Below are positions 26,331 through 37,280 of a stretch of 64,000 bases of DNA, piece after piece. The number at the start of each line of letters is the position of its first letter. The first letter of the stretch is position 1. The position numbers were made by a program, and so were the translations under genes. Under the pieces are notes generated by a model, which was not told the origin of the DNA, searched no databases, and was given only the letters and a program-made list of their open reading frames with translations. The DNA is from Lama glama (taxonomy: Eukaryota): the NCBI GenBank assembly GCA_028534125.1, contig CM052817.1, positions 7,132,001 to 7,196,000 on the forward strand. Direction: 5' to 3'.

Positions 26331-27591
26331 TCTTAAAAACAGCCTTGTCCCTCACATTTCTCTTCCTGTGCATACCTATTTGGTATCACTCACCTTGCCA
26401 CTGACCTTTAACTCTTTTGAAACAATAAAACACGTGCAGATAAAATTTGGCAGAATAGAAATTATTTCTTTGGGTATCTTTCTGGAAAGGTCTTGGCCTG
26501 CCTGAATAATTACTGGTGAAATGGATATGATCCTGCTAAACCCTAAAAGTACCTGACAATCTTTGTCTGTGACTAATTATTCCACAGACTGTGGTTTAAT
26601 TGCAGGAGGTAGGAGGTGCTTTCTATAAACGCTTAACATTACAAGGGGACATGATCTGCAATCTTCAGATCATTAAACTTCTTACCAGGAATAAGTATGC
26701 TTTGGGGACCAATGACATTTGTCAAAAGAAGCCTGTGTGTTCAGTGGAGGGGAGGAGACCGGGCCCAGGAAAGGCAGCCTTATACTGTCCAGTGCTGAGT
26801 GGCTTTAATTATTTACTAGAAGGAAGGTATGAACGATCCAGGCCTTCTCCAGAGAGATGGTCATTCAAAGGACAGGATGCGTAAAGTCACTGAGTGAACT
26901 GAAATCGATGCCTAAAATAAATTCCCCGGGACAATTTTTAGGTAGTTTGCAGCCATCACAAAATAGAAGCTGAGGGAGCCGGCCGAAGATGGTCTGAATA
27001 GAAGTTACGTATAGGTATTTAGTATTTGCCCACATTACCTTATGCTGTGTCCCTCGCACTTGACCCTAGCTGTCCCCTGGTGCCCAGAGCACATTCTGGT
27101 ACATTGCATGCCATTAAATTAATGAATGAAGGTCACTGGGTGGATATTGATCTTGGTTCCAGAGCCAGATCCAAACGTGACTGGGTAGGTGGCTATTAGT
27201 GGTTAAGACCCCAAAACACAATTCAGCGACAGCATGGACAGCAGTGTAAGCGTAGTCTTGTGGCTCCCAGCATCCAAATCATGGGAAGAATATTTCAAAT
27301 ACACATTTTGGCATTCTATGCTAGATTGGAAGAGGCAAGATATTTATGGATAGGATTTTAGTATCTCACCTGTGAATTTTTCAGCAGACCAAAGTTGCAG
27401 AACCAAACACGGAATTCAATGACCTGGTCCATTTGTCCATTAATCCACTTCCTCAGTCAACACACTTTCACTTGTCAATTTAGTTTGTGCTTACTGATAC
27501 AGACTATGTGCTAGGCACTCTCCCAAATGCTGAGAAGTCCAGCCTATACCAAGCGAAAGTCCTGCTCATGTAGGACTTGTATTTCTTCTGG

Positions 27592-27595
<4 letters not shown>

Positions 27596-27622
<27 letters not shown>
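27596..27622. repeat. (CA)n microsatellite
   Basis: acacacacacacacacacacacacaca. Confidence 0.9.
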
Positions 27623-28029
27623 GAACAGGTAAATGTGCATCACTGAGAGTGCTGATGTGCTTTGAAGGAAAGGGAAATCTGGATGAGAGAGAGATGCTGG
27701 TGGCTGGGCGCTCTGTGGTATAGGTGGCTTCTCTGATGAGATGACATTTGAGTAGAAGTAATTAGCTCTGAGGATGTATAACCAAATGTTACTGGTAGAA
27801 AAAAATGGAAAATACAAAGGCCCTTAACAGAAGCAGATTTGGCATATTTGAGGAATAGCACAAAAACTAAAACAAACAAACAAAAACAGGGTAGCTGGAA
27901 CAAAGTGATCAAGGGGAAGGAGGTAAGAAATGGGACTGGAGAGGTAGTCAGGGGTAGATCTTGAAAGATCAAAGAAATATTTGAATCTTACTCTGAATGA
28001 GAATGAGTGGGAGGCATAAATCTTTGAAG

Positions 28030-28492
28030 ACCCCCCCAAGTCAACAAGATACCCTCCCTCTGCGATAGATGCCCTGTCTAACCCCTCCCCTAGAATGTGA
28101 GTGTGAACTCCGAGTGCAATGGACGGTCACTTCCACGAACAGGTAACATTATATGGCACAGAGATTTTAAAAATGGAGATTAGCCTCAGTGGGTCTGACC
28201 TGAGATTTGAAGTGAGAAAAGTGTCCCTGCTGGCCTGGAAGGAGAAGGAGTCCTGCAGGTGTAAGGGGGAATCCTCCAGACACTTGAATGTGCTCAGAAG
28301 GGCGCCTCCAGCCCCAGAAGGAAGCACAGCCCTGGCCGAGAACCTCATCGCAGCCCATGAGCCTTCTAACCTAGGGGTCCCAGCCTTGCTGTTCCTGGAC
28401 TTCTAATCTACAGAGTCATGAGTTAACAAGTGGGTGCTGTTTTAAGCTAGGCATTTATCATGATTGTTCATGGATCAAAAGAAAACTAATAC
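28030..28492 (+). mobile_element. MLT1 (D/E-like) LTR inserted in the L2
   Basis: cccctagaatgtgagtgtgaac...acattatatggcacagag...gggtgctgttttaagcta...gaaaactaataca. Confidence 0.75.
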
Positions 28493-28642
28493 AAAAGGGG
28501 GTCACAGAAGGGAAGTGCTATGCATGGGGTGTGGCAAAGTCTGCCGTCGTTTTAGAAGATTGTTCAGGCTGCTTTGAAGCTGATGGGCTGCAGATGTGAG
28601 GCCACCGCGATAGTCCAGGTGAAAGGTGACGGTGTCTTTGAT

Positions 28643-28946
28643 TGTGAGGGAGGAGTGTCCCAACTTATGTGATCAGCTCATGAACAATTGTCTGATTGAT
28701 AGCGAGGTAGCAGGGTTTTGTCACAGGGGTTACATTATAGTCCTTGGGAACCAGGAGGTCTTGTGGCTACAAGTTCATGGTCATCAAATAATTTCTTTTA
28801 TTTGCTGAGGGTTTTAACATCTGTCAAACAACTCAGAAAATGTGCATCAGATATTGTTCTCTAGGTGCTTCAGAGAGGAACTAAAGCAGAGGATATGGGG
28901 GGGGGGGCTGTCCTGGGAAGGACCCATAGGGTCCTGCTCAATTACA
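28643..28946 (-). mobile_element. ERV1-class LTR fragment (cetartiodactyl type), antisense
   Basis: gtgatcagctcatgaacaattgtctgattg...aacaactcagaaaatgtgcatcagat...ggaactaaagcagaggatatgg...catagggtcctgctcaattaca; the end is the reverse complement of a TGTAA LTR start. Confidence 0.7.
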
Positions 28947-29759
28947 ACTAAATTTTCTGGTTGAATGATGGAGGGAATAAGGAGAAAAAGGAGGCTGTAT
29001 GCATGTCACCCAGGGTGTTGGATGGGACAGTTGAAAAGAAGAGGGAGTGCTGATGTCCCAGATCGAGGGTCTGCAAGGGAGAGTGAGACTGAAAGTGTAG
29101 ACGAGGGGGAGAAATCAAGCGTTCATTCTGAGGCATGTTAAGATTAAGATGCTCAAAGTAACATCCAAAATGAGGTGGCAGATAGGACGCTGGCTAAGAA
29201 TTTAGAGTTCAAAAGAGACACTGGAGCTGGGAACATCCATCTGTGAGCCATTGGCATATAGCTTGCATCTAATGACAGAACAGAAGTCACTGAACGAATT
29301 AGCACAGGAGAGGAACAAGATCTCATGTTTGATCCCCTGGGCACTAAACACGTGCTCCAACATAGCACCAGCTGACATGCCCAAGCTCATCTGAGATTCT
29401 GCAAATTCTCTCTCAAGGGTCCCAAGTAGACTGAGAAGGTATTCTGCAGTGTAAGGGGGAATCCAGGAAAATAATCCACCACGCAGTCAAACGAGGGAAT
29501 ATTTTAAGAGGCAAAGATGTTGAATACTGCCCACAGTTTATTTTAGATTAATTGAGAGGTGGTCACAAGATTTAATAAGCACAATGCTAGTGAGATCAGT
29601 TTCATTGTTACAATGGATGCAGACACTGGAGAGCAATAAAGGACAGAGAAAAAGGGAAGTGAAAACTTGTACGCAAGGATGTGGATGGCTTTCAAGAAGT
29701 TTGCATATAAAAGAGGAAGTAGGGAGAATCTGATCATTGGAGCAAGATGTGGAAATAAG

Positions 29760-30320
29760 GTATTCTAGTTTAATTTAAAAATAGGTAACGCATCCACATG
29801 GTTCATAAACCAAAAAGTATACAAGTCTTTATAGTGAGAAGTCTCTGCCCACGTGCCCCTCTATTCCCACCCAGTCCCCATTGTAACCCCACCTCGATGT
29901 TCACTATTTTGTTTCTTACCTTCCCCTACGAGTTTCCTTGTAAGTAAATAAGCAAGTCAAAATATAGATTCTTATCTTTTCACCCTCTTCTAAACAAGTC
30001 ATATTGTTATTTATACAATTCTGTTCCTTGCTTTTTTTTCACTTTATACCTTATCTTGAGAATCCTTCCAATGTCAGCTCTGAGACAGCTTCCTTTTTTT
30101 GTATTTTCTTCCATAGCCTCATGTTACTACCTTGTACCATCAATTATTTAACCAATTCTCTATTGAAGGACCCTCAACTTGCTCCCAATCTTTTTCTATT
30201 GCCAGCAGGGCCACAATGGATAACCTTGCTCTTGAATCATTTCACACAAGTTCATGTGCACAATAAATCCCCAAAGCGGATTCCTAGAGCAGGAATGTGT
30301 TGTACTTGTGGTTATAGCTG
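29760..30320 (-). mobile_element. L1ME-like 3' fragment
   Basis: atacaattctgttccttgcttttttttcactt...attatttaaccaattctctattgaagga...attcctagagcaggaat. Confidence 0.65.
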
Positions 30321-30879
30321 ATGTTGTTGTTGGCTCATTGGCTTGTTTCTTTTGCTCATTTAAAAAAATAGAAGCGGGTTGGGTGAGTTAAGCATAGAAG
30401 TAAAGGAACTGGGAAAAGTGAGGGTGTAAACATATAGAAGTAAAATGGATTGCAAACAATCCACCTTCCTTCCCAAAAGAAGGACGTGGAATGAAGACCG
30501 GAGGGATGACTCTCATAAGGAGAAGTAAACTGCCCATCTCCTTGCCAAGCGGTCGACAGAGCTATCATCTAATAATTTCTCATCCTTTGTAGATTTTAAG
30601 GTTAGGTCACCTGCTAAGAAGAGGGGGTCGTTGCTAGGATCAGAAGCTTGAGCAAAGGGAAACAATGTTGAACTAGATGCCCTGCGGAAATTGAAAGAGA
30701 AGATAAGGGAGGCAGACGAATTGCTAGGCAATGCTGTGAGACCGGTTGACACTGGAGGATGTTGGTGTTACTGCCTCCACAGAGAACATCATCAGATTCA
30801 AGGCCTGAAAATGTAAGGTGACAATGGTCAAGTGAGGTGGAATGAGCTGCCAAGGACAGAATGTCAACTCTATTCTCAC

Positions 30880-31200
30880 ATCTCCATTATCCAGAGGAAG
30901 CTTGGCGCTGAGGACAGACACCTGCCGTTCGTCCTGGCCCTGCCACTTAAAGTATCAGCGATCGTGATGAAATCAGTTCATCTCCATAGTTCCAGTTTCT
31001 TTATCAACGAATTAGGGTGTTCTTTGTAAAAAAAAATATATATATATATTTATATATATTGTATATATATATATATTGTATATAAAAAGCTAAATGAGAT
31101 CTGTGTTGAGGACATACTTGTTTTGGGGAACTAAGATAATACTATACATGAAAGCTCTTTTAGAATGTAAGAGATTCTACATGCATTGCCGTCATTAGCT
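30880..31200 (+). mobile_element. MIR containing a (TA)n tract at ~31036-31085
   Basis: gttcgtcctggccctgccacttaaag...ccagtttctttatc, then a tatatatata run. Confidence 0.5.
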
Positions 31201-31637
31201 CAGAGTTGTTAATTCTTGTCTGAAATTATACACTGTTTGAGGAGCTTGTAAATAGTTTGTTCTCCTGGAAGTACAGATTATTTCTGATCATACCATAAAT
31301 TATGATAATCAGGACCAAGTTTGAAAATAAAGAAATATATGCATATAAATGTGTGTATATAATGTTTGCCTAGGTAGGTAGACAAATAGATGTATTTTGT
31401 CATATTTTAAACAGATGTATTTCTTTCAATTCATAAAAAGAATGATAATTTTCTAAGTTGTTGTTACCCTAGTAGAACTTTTTTACTTTTAAAGCAAGCA
31501 CTTGACAGCCACTAATCTATCATGTTCCATTCTTTTTCTCACACCTACTGTGAAATAGGACATTGATAGAACTATAATGGGTATAAATGTGTTTTTGAGT
31601 GAAGCAGTATATCATGTTCCACTTACATCAATGCTAG

Positions 31638-31740
31638 TTAAGGTAACTCACTTTTCTGCTTTTAGTACTGAAAGTCCCAAGTCCAGGAGACCCCTCAGTC
31701 TCCAGCAAACTGGAGCAATAATGTTCAGTTTGTCACCCTC
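31638..31740. mobile_element. MER94-like hAT-Blackjack MITE
   Basis: ttttagtactgaaagtcccaagtccaggagacccctcagtctccagcaaactgg...ttgtcaccct, with an agg(g)taac-type left terminus. Confidence 0.65.
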
Positions 31741-31844
31741 ATGCTATCTTTAGTATAGTTTAATTCATGAAACAAATATTTGACAAGAGCACACCGTGTG
31801 TTGGTCACTGCGGAAGCTATAAGCATAAATGAGTTGTGGGTGGG

Positions 31845-32100
31845 ATGGAGAAAAGTGTTTCGTGAAAGAGCACAGGCTTCTGAGTCAGACAGCTCAGGGC
31901 TTGTAATTATAGATCTGCCACTTACTAACCTTAAGCTCGGGGAAATCTCTGGATCTCTCTGAGCTCCATTTTCCATATGAAATATGGGGATGATAACAAT
32001 ATTACTTTAAAAAGTCTCATTATGTCAATTAAATGATACTAAGCATCATTTGCATACACAGATCCAGTACCTGGGCTAGAAATTAGCTGATACTCAATAC
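31845..32100 (+). mobile_element. MIR SINE (near full length)
   Basis: gaaagagcacaggcttctgagtcagacag...ctgccacttactaac...ctctctgagctccattttccatatgaaatatggggatgataacaat. Confidence 0.8.
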
Positions 32101-33257
32101 ATCCTAGTTTATTCTCTCATCTCTCTTGATAGCTGGTCCAAGAGGATTAGTAAAATAGAAGAATGAATAGAGGGCAACTGAATTACACCTGGAGTGGAAT
32201 AGAGGAGTGGGGGCCCCTGGGAGACGTCCTGCAGAGGTGACTTTGCATCTCGGGCCAGCTCTAGTTGTCAGGATAGTATCATTGATTAATAGCCACAGTC
32301 TGCTTTCTATTTTCCATAAAAGGGAGATCAGGTTCACTATAAAACAGACATGTTCTACTAAAGGGTCACAGAAAAGGAGCAGGAAGAAGAGGAAGAGGCA
32401 GAAGGAAGCACACGCTCCAGTAAAGAACTGCAAAGTGTCTTCTTGTACGTGCGTGTGTTTCCAGACAATTCAATGGCACTGACGCTGGCAGTTGAAGCGC
32501 GGTATCTCAGAGGTGTGAAGTAGCTTAGAGGCACGGCTCAGTTCCTGGCAGGGGGCTGGGGGGTTAATGAGTTGATACTAGTGCTAGAGGTTTCTGGTGA
32601 ACATTAAGGAAACTATTTCAGGAGACTGTATTTTATGAACAGCACGGAAGATGCAATTATACAAATTCCAAGGACAATTTAAAGTCACTTCAATATTTCT
32701 GAAAAGTATGCATTCCACCCCCAGGTGCTGAATATGCCAAGTTCTGAAAGAGGCATAAAGTTATCAGTCAGTCACAAGACCAAGAGACGGCTGGCTTCTG
32801 ATTGCCACTCCTGCAGAGGGTTGTTAAAATTTCAGGACTGGCTCTGCTTTTTTCAAAAAGGAAGAGAATTTCAGGGATAGACTGTAATAAACCCCTCAAA
32901 TGAATTATAATGAAATATTATAAAACCTAAAGAAAACGCCATAGTTTGAAAGTCTGACACAGAAAACCTCTGGACATTTCCAAAATCAGAGGTCCTTTTG
33001 CTTTGCCTTTCTCTACAATAGAGCTGGACCTATTTCTTAAGCGTTTGGATATAACTGAGCACTGACCACATGCCAAGTGCAGACAGAGACCAGAGATACA
33101 GAGATAAAGGAGATGAAGGCAAGAGAGCATTGTGAGAGAGAAACACAGACACAAAGCATGAAAAATATTCTAGGTAAGTTAATTAAAATATATGAAGGTG
33201 GATTTTGTCACAGAAATAAGGGCAAGGAGACTGGCCAATAAAACAATGAGACTTTCT

Positions 33258-33395
33258 GTAATATATATATATATATATGGTAAATATATATATATATGGT
33301 ATTTATATATTCATATATATGGTATTTATATATGTATTTATATATGGTAAATATATATATTTACATATATGGTATTTATATATGGTAAAATATAG
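33258..33395. repeat. AT-rich degenerate (TATATATGGTA)n repeat
   Basis: Repeated atatatatggta(a/t) units. Confidence 0.85.
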
Positions 33396-34219
33396 TACCA
33401 TGCAATATCTAATTTTCTTAGCACTTGTGATTTGGCCACTACGCTAAATAGTTTGTGTGTTCTGGGCTCCATATAAGTAAGGAAAAAGGGAGGGAAATGA
33501 TAGAGAGCTCAGGTATCTAAGAAACTGTCACTAATTCATTCTGACGGGCACAAGGGACACGTGTTCATGTGTGGGAGGGGCTGGTGCAGTGACGGACAAG
33601 CCTGCAGAAGCAGGCAGCAGCCACATCATGTTACTTTACATTCTTCAGGAAGAAATTGGGGGGTTTTCACATAGAAGTCCGAGCAGTGGTCAAAATGTCA
33701 ACTGCCTAACTCTCTCATGGTCAGCTACTAGCAGGGTCTAGGAGCTGCTGTGCACAGACCACATGTCAGGCACACACCTTGTCTAGTGTGTCATGCAGTG
33801 GAGGAAGATCAGAGTTGTGAGACAGTACAGATCACATAATGTGTATTTGTCTGAGCCTTAAAACATCTTCCCCCAAAACACATTGAGTTATAAGTGTACT
33901 CTAGTAGAGGATAAATAACATAACTTTAATACAGAAAGCATGAAGCCCAACCTGACTGTTTCATTTACATCTTCTGAAACATGTAATAGCTCTGATCTCC
34001 TCTTGGATACATTTCAAGACTTCCAGCCTGTAATTCAAGAGTCTCTACCACTTGTCTTAACCTCAGTCTTTCAAGTGAATTTTCTCCCCCTAAACTGCTT
34101 CTCTCCTCCTTGTGCATTTCCCTCTTGATTCTGACCAACCTCAGAAGCCTACCGATGAGCCAAGATGTTTTTCTCCTGCAGAGTCTTTGCTGACATACAT
34201 TCCCAACACTTCTGCTGAT

Positions 34220-34560
34220 GGCTGTGGGAATTTCTAGCTGTGTGATCTGGGGGAAGGGCACCTCTTAGGGATTCCCCTTCCTCTGCTGCAAAATGTAGAG
34301 AATAAGCCCTGCTCCACCTGCTTCACGGCGCTCACCTGCCCTTCTGTCGTTCACCCTGCACGTAGTTACTGAGTACCTGTGATGGGTCAGGTGCTGCTCT
34401 TCACTGGGGATGGAGCAGAGCAGCAAAGACCAAGGGTTCCACCCTAGTGGGGCCTATAGCTTAGTGGGTAGGGGAAGAAATTAAAAACTGAGTTATGAAG
34501 TTATCCTTAGAGGAGGATAGGTACTATAAAGAAAATGTAGTAAATGATGGAGAGTAGGGA
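34220..34560. mobile_element. MIR fragment (+, ~34220-34330) followed by L2 fragment (-, ~34345-34560)
   Basis: ctagctgtgtgatctgggggaag...ctgcaaaatgtagagaataag; then ttactgagtacctgtgatgggtcaggtgctg. Confidence 0.55.
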
Positions 34561-34582
34561 GTGACAAGAAGTGGCCATAAGT

Positions 34583-34743
34583 GTTACTGAGTCCAAGCTT
34601 GTACTGCTCCTGGCACGACAGGCCAGTGAGTCGTGAGACTGGTGTTGGGGCAAGGAATAGAGACTCTATTCAGAAATCCAGCAAACCAAAAAGATGGTGG
34701 ACTAGTGTCCCAAAGAACCATATTCCCTGAGTTTGGATGCTAG
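34583..34743 (-). mobile_element. ERV1-class LTR 3' end (related to the copies at 12685 and 15665), cut by the assembly gap
   Basis: Its reverse complement tattccttgccccaacaccagtctcacgactcactggcctgtcgtgccaggagcagtacaagcttggactcagtaaca aligns with the ends of both solo LTRs. Confidence 0.8.
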
Positions 34744-35243
34744 NNNNNNNNNNNNNNNNNNNNNNNNNNNNNNNNNNNNNNNNNNNNNNNNNNNNNNNNN
34801 NNNNNNNNNNNNNNNNNNNNNNNNNNNNNNNNNNNNNNNNNNNNNNNNNNNNNNNNNNNNNNNNNNNNNNNNNNNNNNNNNNNNNNNNNNNNNNNNNNNN
34901 NNNNNNNNNNNNNNNNNNNNNNNNNNNNNNNNNNNNNNNNNNNNNNNNNNNNNNNNNNNNNNNNNNNNNNNNNNNNNNNNNNNNNNNNNNNNNNNNNNNN
35001 NNNNNNNNNNNNNNNNNNNNNNNNNNNNNNNNNNNNNNNNNNNNNNNNNNNNNNNNNNNNNNNNNNNNNNNNNNNNNNNNNNNNNNNNNNNNNNNNNNNN
35101 NNNNNNNNNNNNNNNNNNNNNNNNNNNNNNNNNNNNNNNNNNNNNNNNNNNNNNNNNNNNNNNNNNNNNNNNNNNNNNNNNNNNNNNNNNNNNNNNNNNN
35201 NNNNNNNNNNNNNNNNNNNNNNNNNNNNNNNNNNNNNNNNNNN
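34744..35243. other. Assembly gap (500 N)
   Basis: Run of N. Confidence 1.
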
Positions 35244-35396
35244 CTTTTTTTGTTTTGTTTTGTTTTTTCCTATTAGCCAGAGAAAGGACAGGGAAGAGGA
35301 GGGAAGGCCCTGTTTCTCTGGCTCTGTACCTCAAGCCTTGTATCCAGAGAAGTTTTGTGCACAGAAAATAAAGTAGTCCCTGATACTGTAGAGGGA

Positions 35397-36003
35397 GTAT
35401 ACTAGTCACCTACTGCTGCATAACAAATTAACACAAAATTAGTGGCTTAAAACAACAAACGCTTATTGTCTCAGTTTCTGTGGGTCAGGAAAATGGGTGT
35501 GGGTTAGCTGAGCCTTCTGCCTCCAGGTTTCTCACAGGCCTAAAGTTAAGATGTTGCTTAGGACTGGGGTTTCATCTAAAGGCTCGAATGGGAAAGGACC
35601 TGCCTCCAAACTTACATGATTTTTGGTTGCCTTCATTTCTTCACGAGTTGTAAGAGTGAAGTTCTGAATTCTTCATGGGCTAAAGAACTGAAAGACGAAA
35701 TTCTTCACTGGTTGTTGGCTGAGACTACCCTCAGTTCCTTTCCACGCAAGGCTCTCTCCCACGTGACAGTTTGCATTATCTAAGCATGCAAGCCAAGAAG
35801 GCAGTAGAGAGAGACTGTTAATAAGACTGAAGCTGCAGTCTTGAGTAACATAGTCACCAAAGTGATATCTCATCATCTTTGCTGAACCCTATTAGATAGA
35901 AGCAAGTCATTAATCCAGCCCACACTCAACTGGAGATTACACAAAGGCATATATACCAGGATGTTGGGTTCATTGTGGGCCATCTTGGAGTCTGCCTGCT
36001 ATA
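35397..36003 (-). mobile_element. MLT1 (E/F-like) MaLR solo LTR, antisense
   Basis: tactgctgcataacaaatta...agtggcttaaaacaacaaac...cagtttctgtgggtcagg...gggccatcttggagtctgcctgctata. Confidence 0.85.
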
Positions 36004-36124
36004 GGAAGTATAACAGAAGGGTTGAGAACGTGTATTTTCAGGTCCAACATGCCTGCTGAAGGTTTGGCTGTCCCATTTAATGCACATAACATTTGGTGAG
36101 CTTTTTTTTATTATTATTACACTT

Positions 36125-36230
36125 TTGTCATTTGAAATAGGGGTAGTTGTGAAGATTAAATAAGGTAATAAATGTAAAGCACTCATCACAGCACCTGTAA
36201 CACAGTAACTGTCTCCTACTTATTAGTTAT
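36125..36230 (+). mobile_element. MIR 3' fragment
   Basis: gttgtgaagattaaataaggtaataaatgtaaagcactcatcacagcacctg. Confidence 0.7.
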
Positions 36231-36494
36231 GGTTTTAACAATACATTAAAGCTTGAAGGAAGACATATTTGCATGATAGTCTTTATTAAGCATTTATTCA
36301 GTATTTCATGTCAAAGTTTCATGTCAAAATATAAAATTGTTTTATTTTTGTTTTGTTTCCATCCCTGAATTTCCCCATCACTACTTTTCCTTTTTCATGT
36401 GCTTGATCTATACCTTAGGGGTAGGAATAATGATGGGGCTTTTTTAAAAATAATATTTCTCAATGTTGACTTTTATATTTTTATCGTGATCGTG

Positions 36495-36685
36495 TTTTTC
36501 TTACTAGAGTGTAAGCTGCATGTGGATGACAGTGTCATATGTCCCCTCACTCTCTTTTCTCTGCCAGCACCAGTAACAATGTCTGACACATATAAGACAT
36601 CCAATAAAATGTTGAAGTGAATTAAAATATGAGAGCATGGATGGACGAACAATATGGTGGATAAGTCAATAAACATTTATTGATA
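36495..36685 (+). mobile_element. L2 3' terminus
   Basis: actagagtgtaagctgcatgtgg...ccagcaccagtaacaatgtctgacacata...caataaaatgttgaagtgaa. Confidence 0.7.
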
Positions 36686-37104
36686 ATAAAAAAGCTTAAA
36701 ATATACTCATCCATACTTTTTATTGTGTCAAAATAATACTGATTTAAAACTTGCTTTGCAACTACTGAGTCAATGTGCTATATACACATATGTCTTCTAG
36801 AAGTGTGGTTCTAGAAGACGTTATCACAGGACCAGAGGGAGGCCTGGGAGCCAGGATCAAAGAAGGTCAGTAACCTGCTTAAGTGGAGGTGAAATCACAT
36901 TCATTAATGACCTCGGCCGATAAAGTCATTTCCATCCACAGGCCAGTTGTACCCGAAACCTGGAGCAGACTGGCCTGAAAGAGTTCACCTTGGGAGAAAA
37001 TACAGAAGACTCCAACGGTCACTTCCTCTAACACAATCTATCTTGGTGAAATTTAACTCATGATTAGCAGAGCTATAGCAGGATTTTGGAGACAAAGGCA
37101 AAAA

Positions 37105-37280
37105 ATTTTTGATATTCAGTAATCATGTCACCTTGGGTGACTTCATTTTTCTGTGTCCTCCATGTCCTTGTCTGTAAGGTAGGACTGACAGAGGTGATGC
37201 TGGAAGACACTAGTGAGGCAGTGTGTTTAACCCCCAGCACACATGCTGAGTCACTGGAGAAACTGGTCACTACTGTTGTT
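37105..37280 (+). mobile_element. MIR fragment
   Basis: atgtcaccttgggtgacttcatttttctgtgtcctccatgtccttgtctgtaagg. Confidence 0.55.

Larger units (their letters stand above)
27450..30850 (-). mobile_element. Long fragmented L2 element, interrupted by MLT1, ERV1 LTR and L1 insertions
   Basis: Colinear antisense L2 pieces: actatgtgctaggcact (27503), gtgatcaaggggaagg...ggagaggtagtcaggg (27905), gatagtccaggtgaaaggtgac (28609), ggcatgttaagattaagatgc (29131), ttcaagaagtttgcatataaaag (29691) and the ~30400-30850 stretch. Confidence 0.7.

Noticed and set aside
34702..35409. Long ORFs of 179-235 aa here, and those at 45528-45760 and 51454-52065
   Set aside because: They are artefacts of translating through N gaps.
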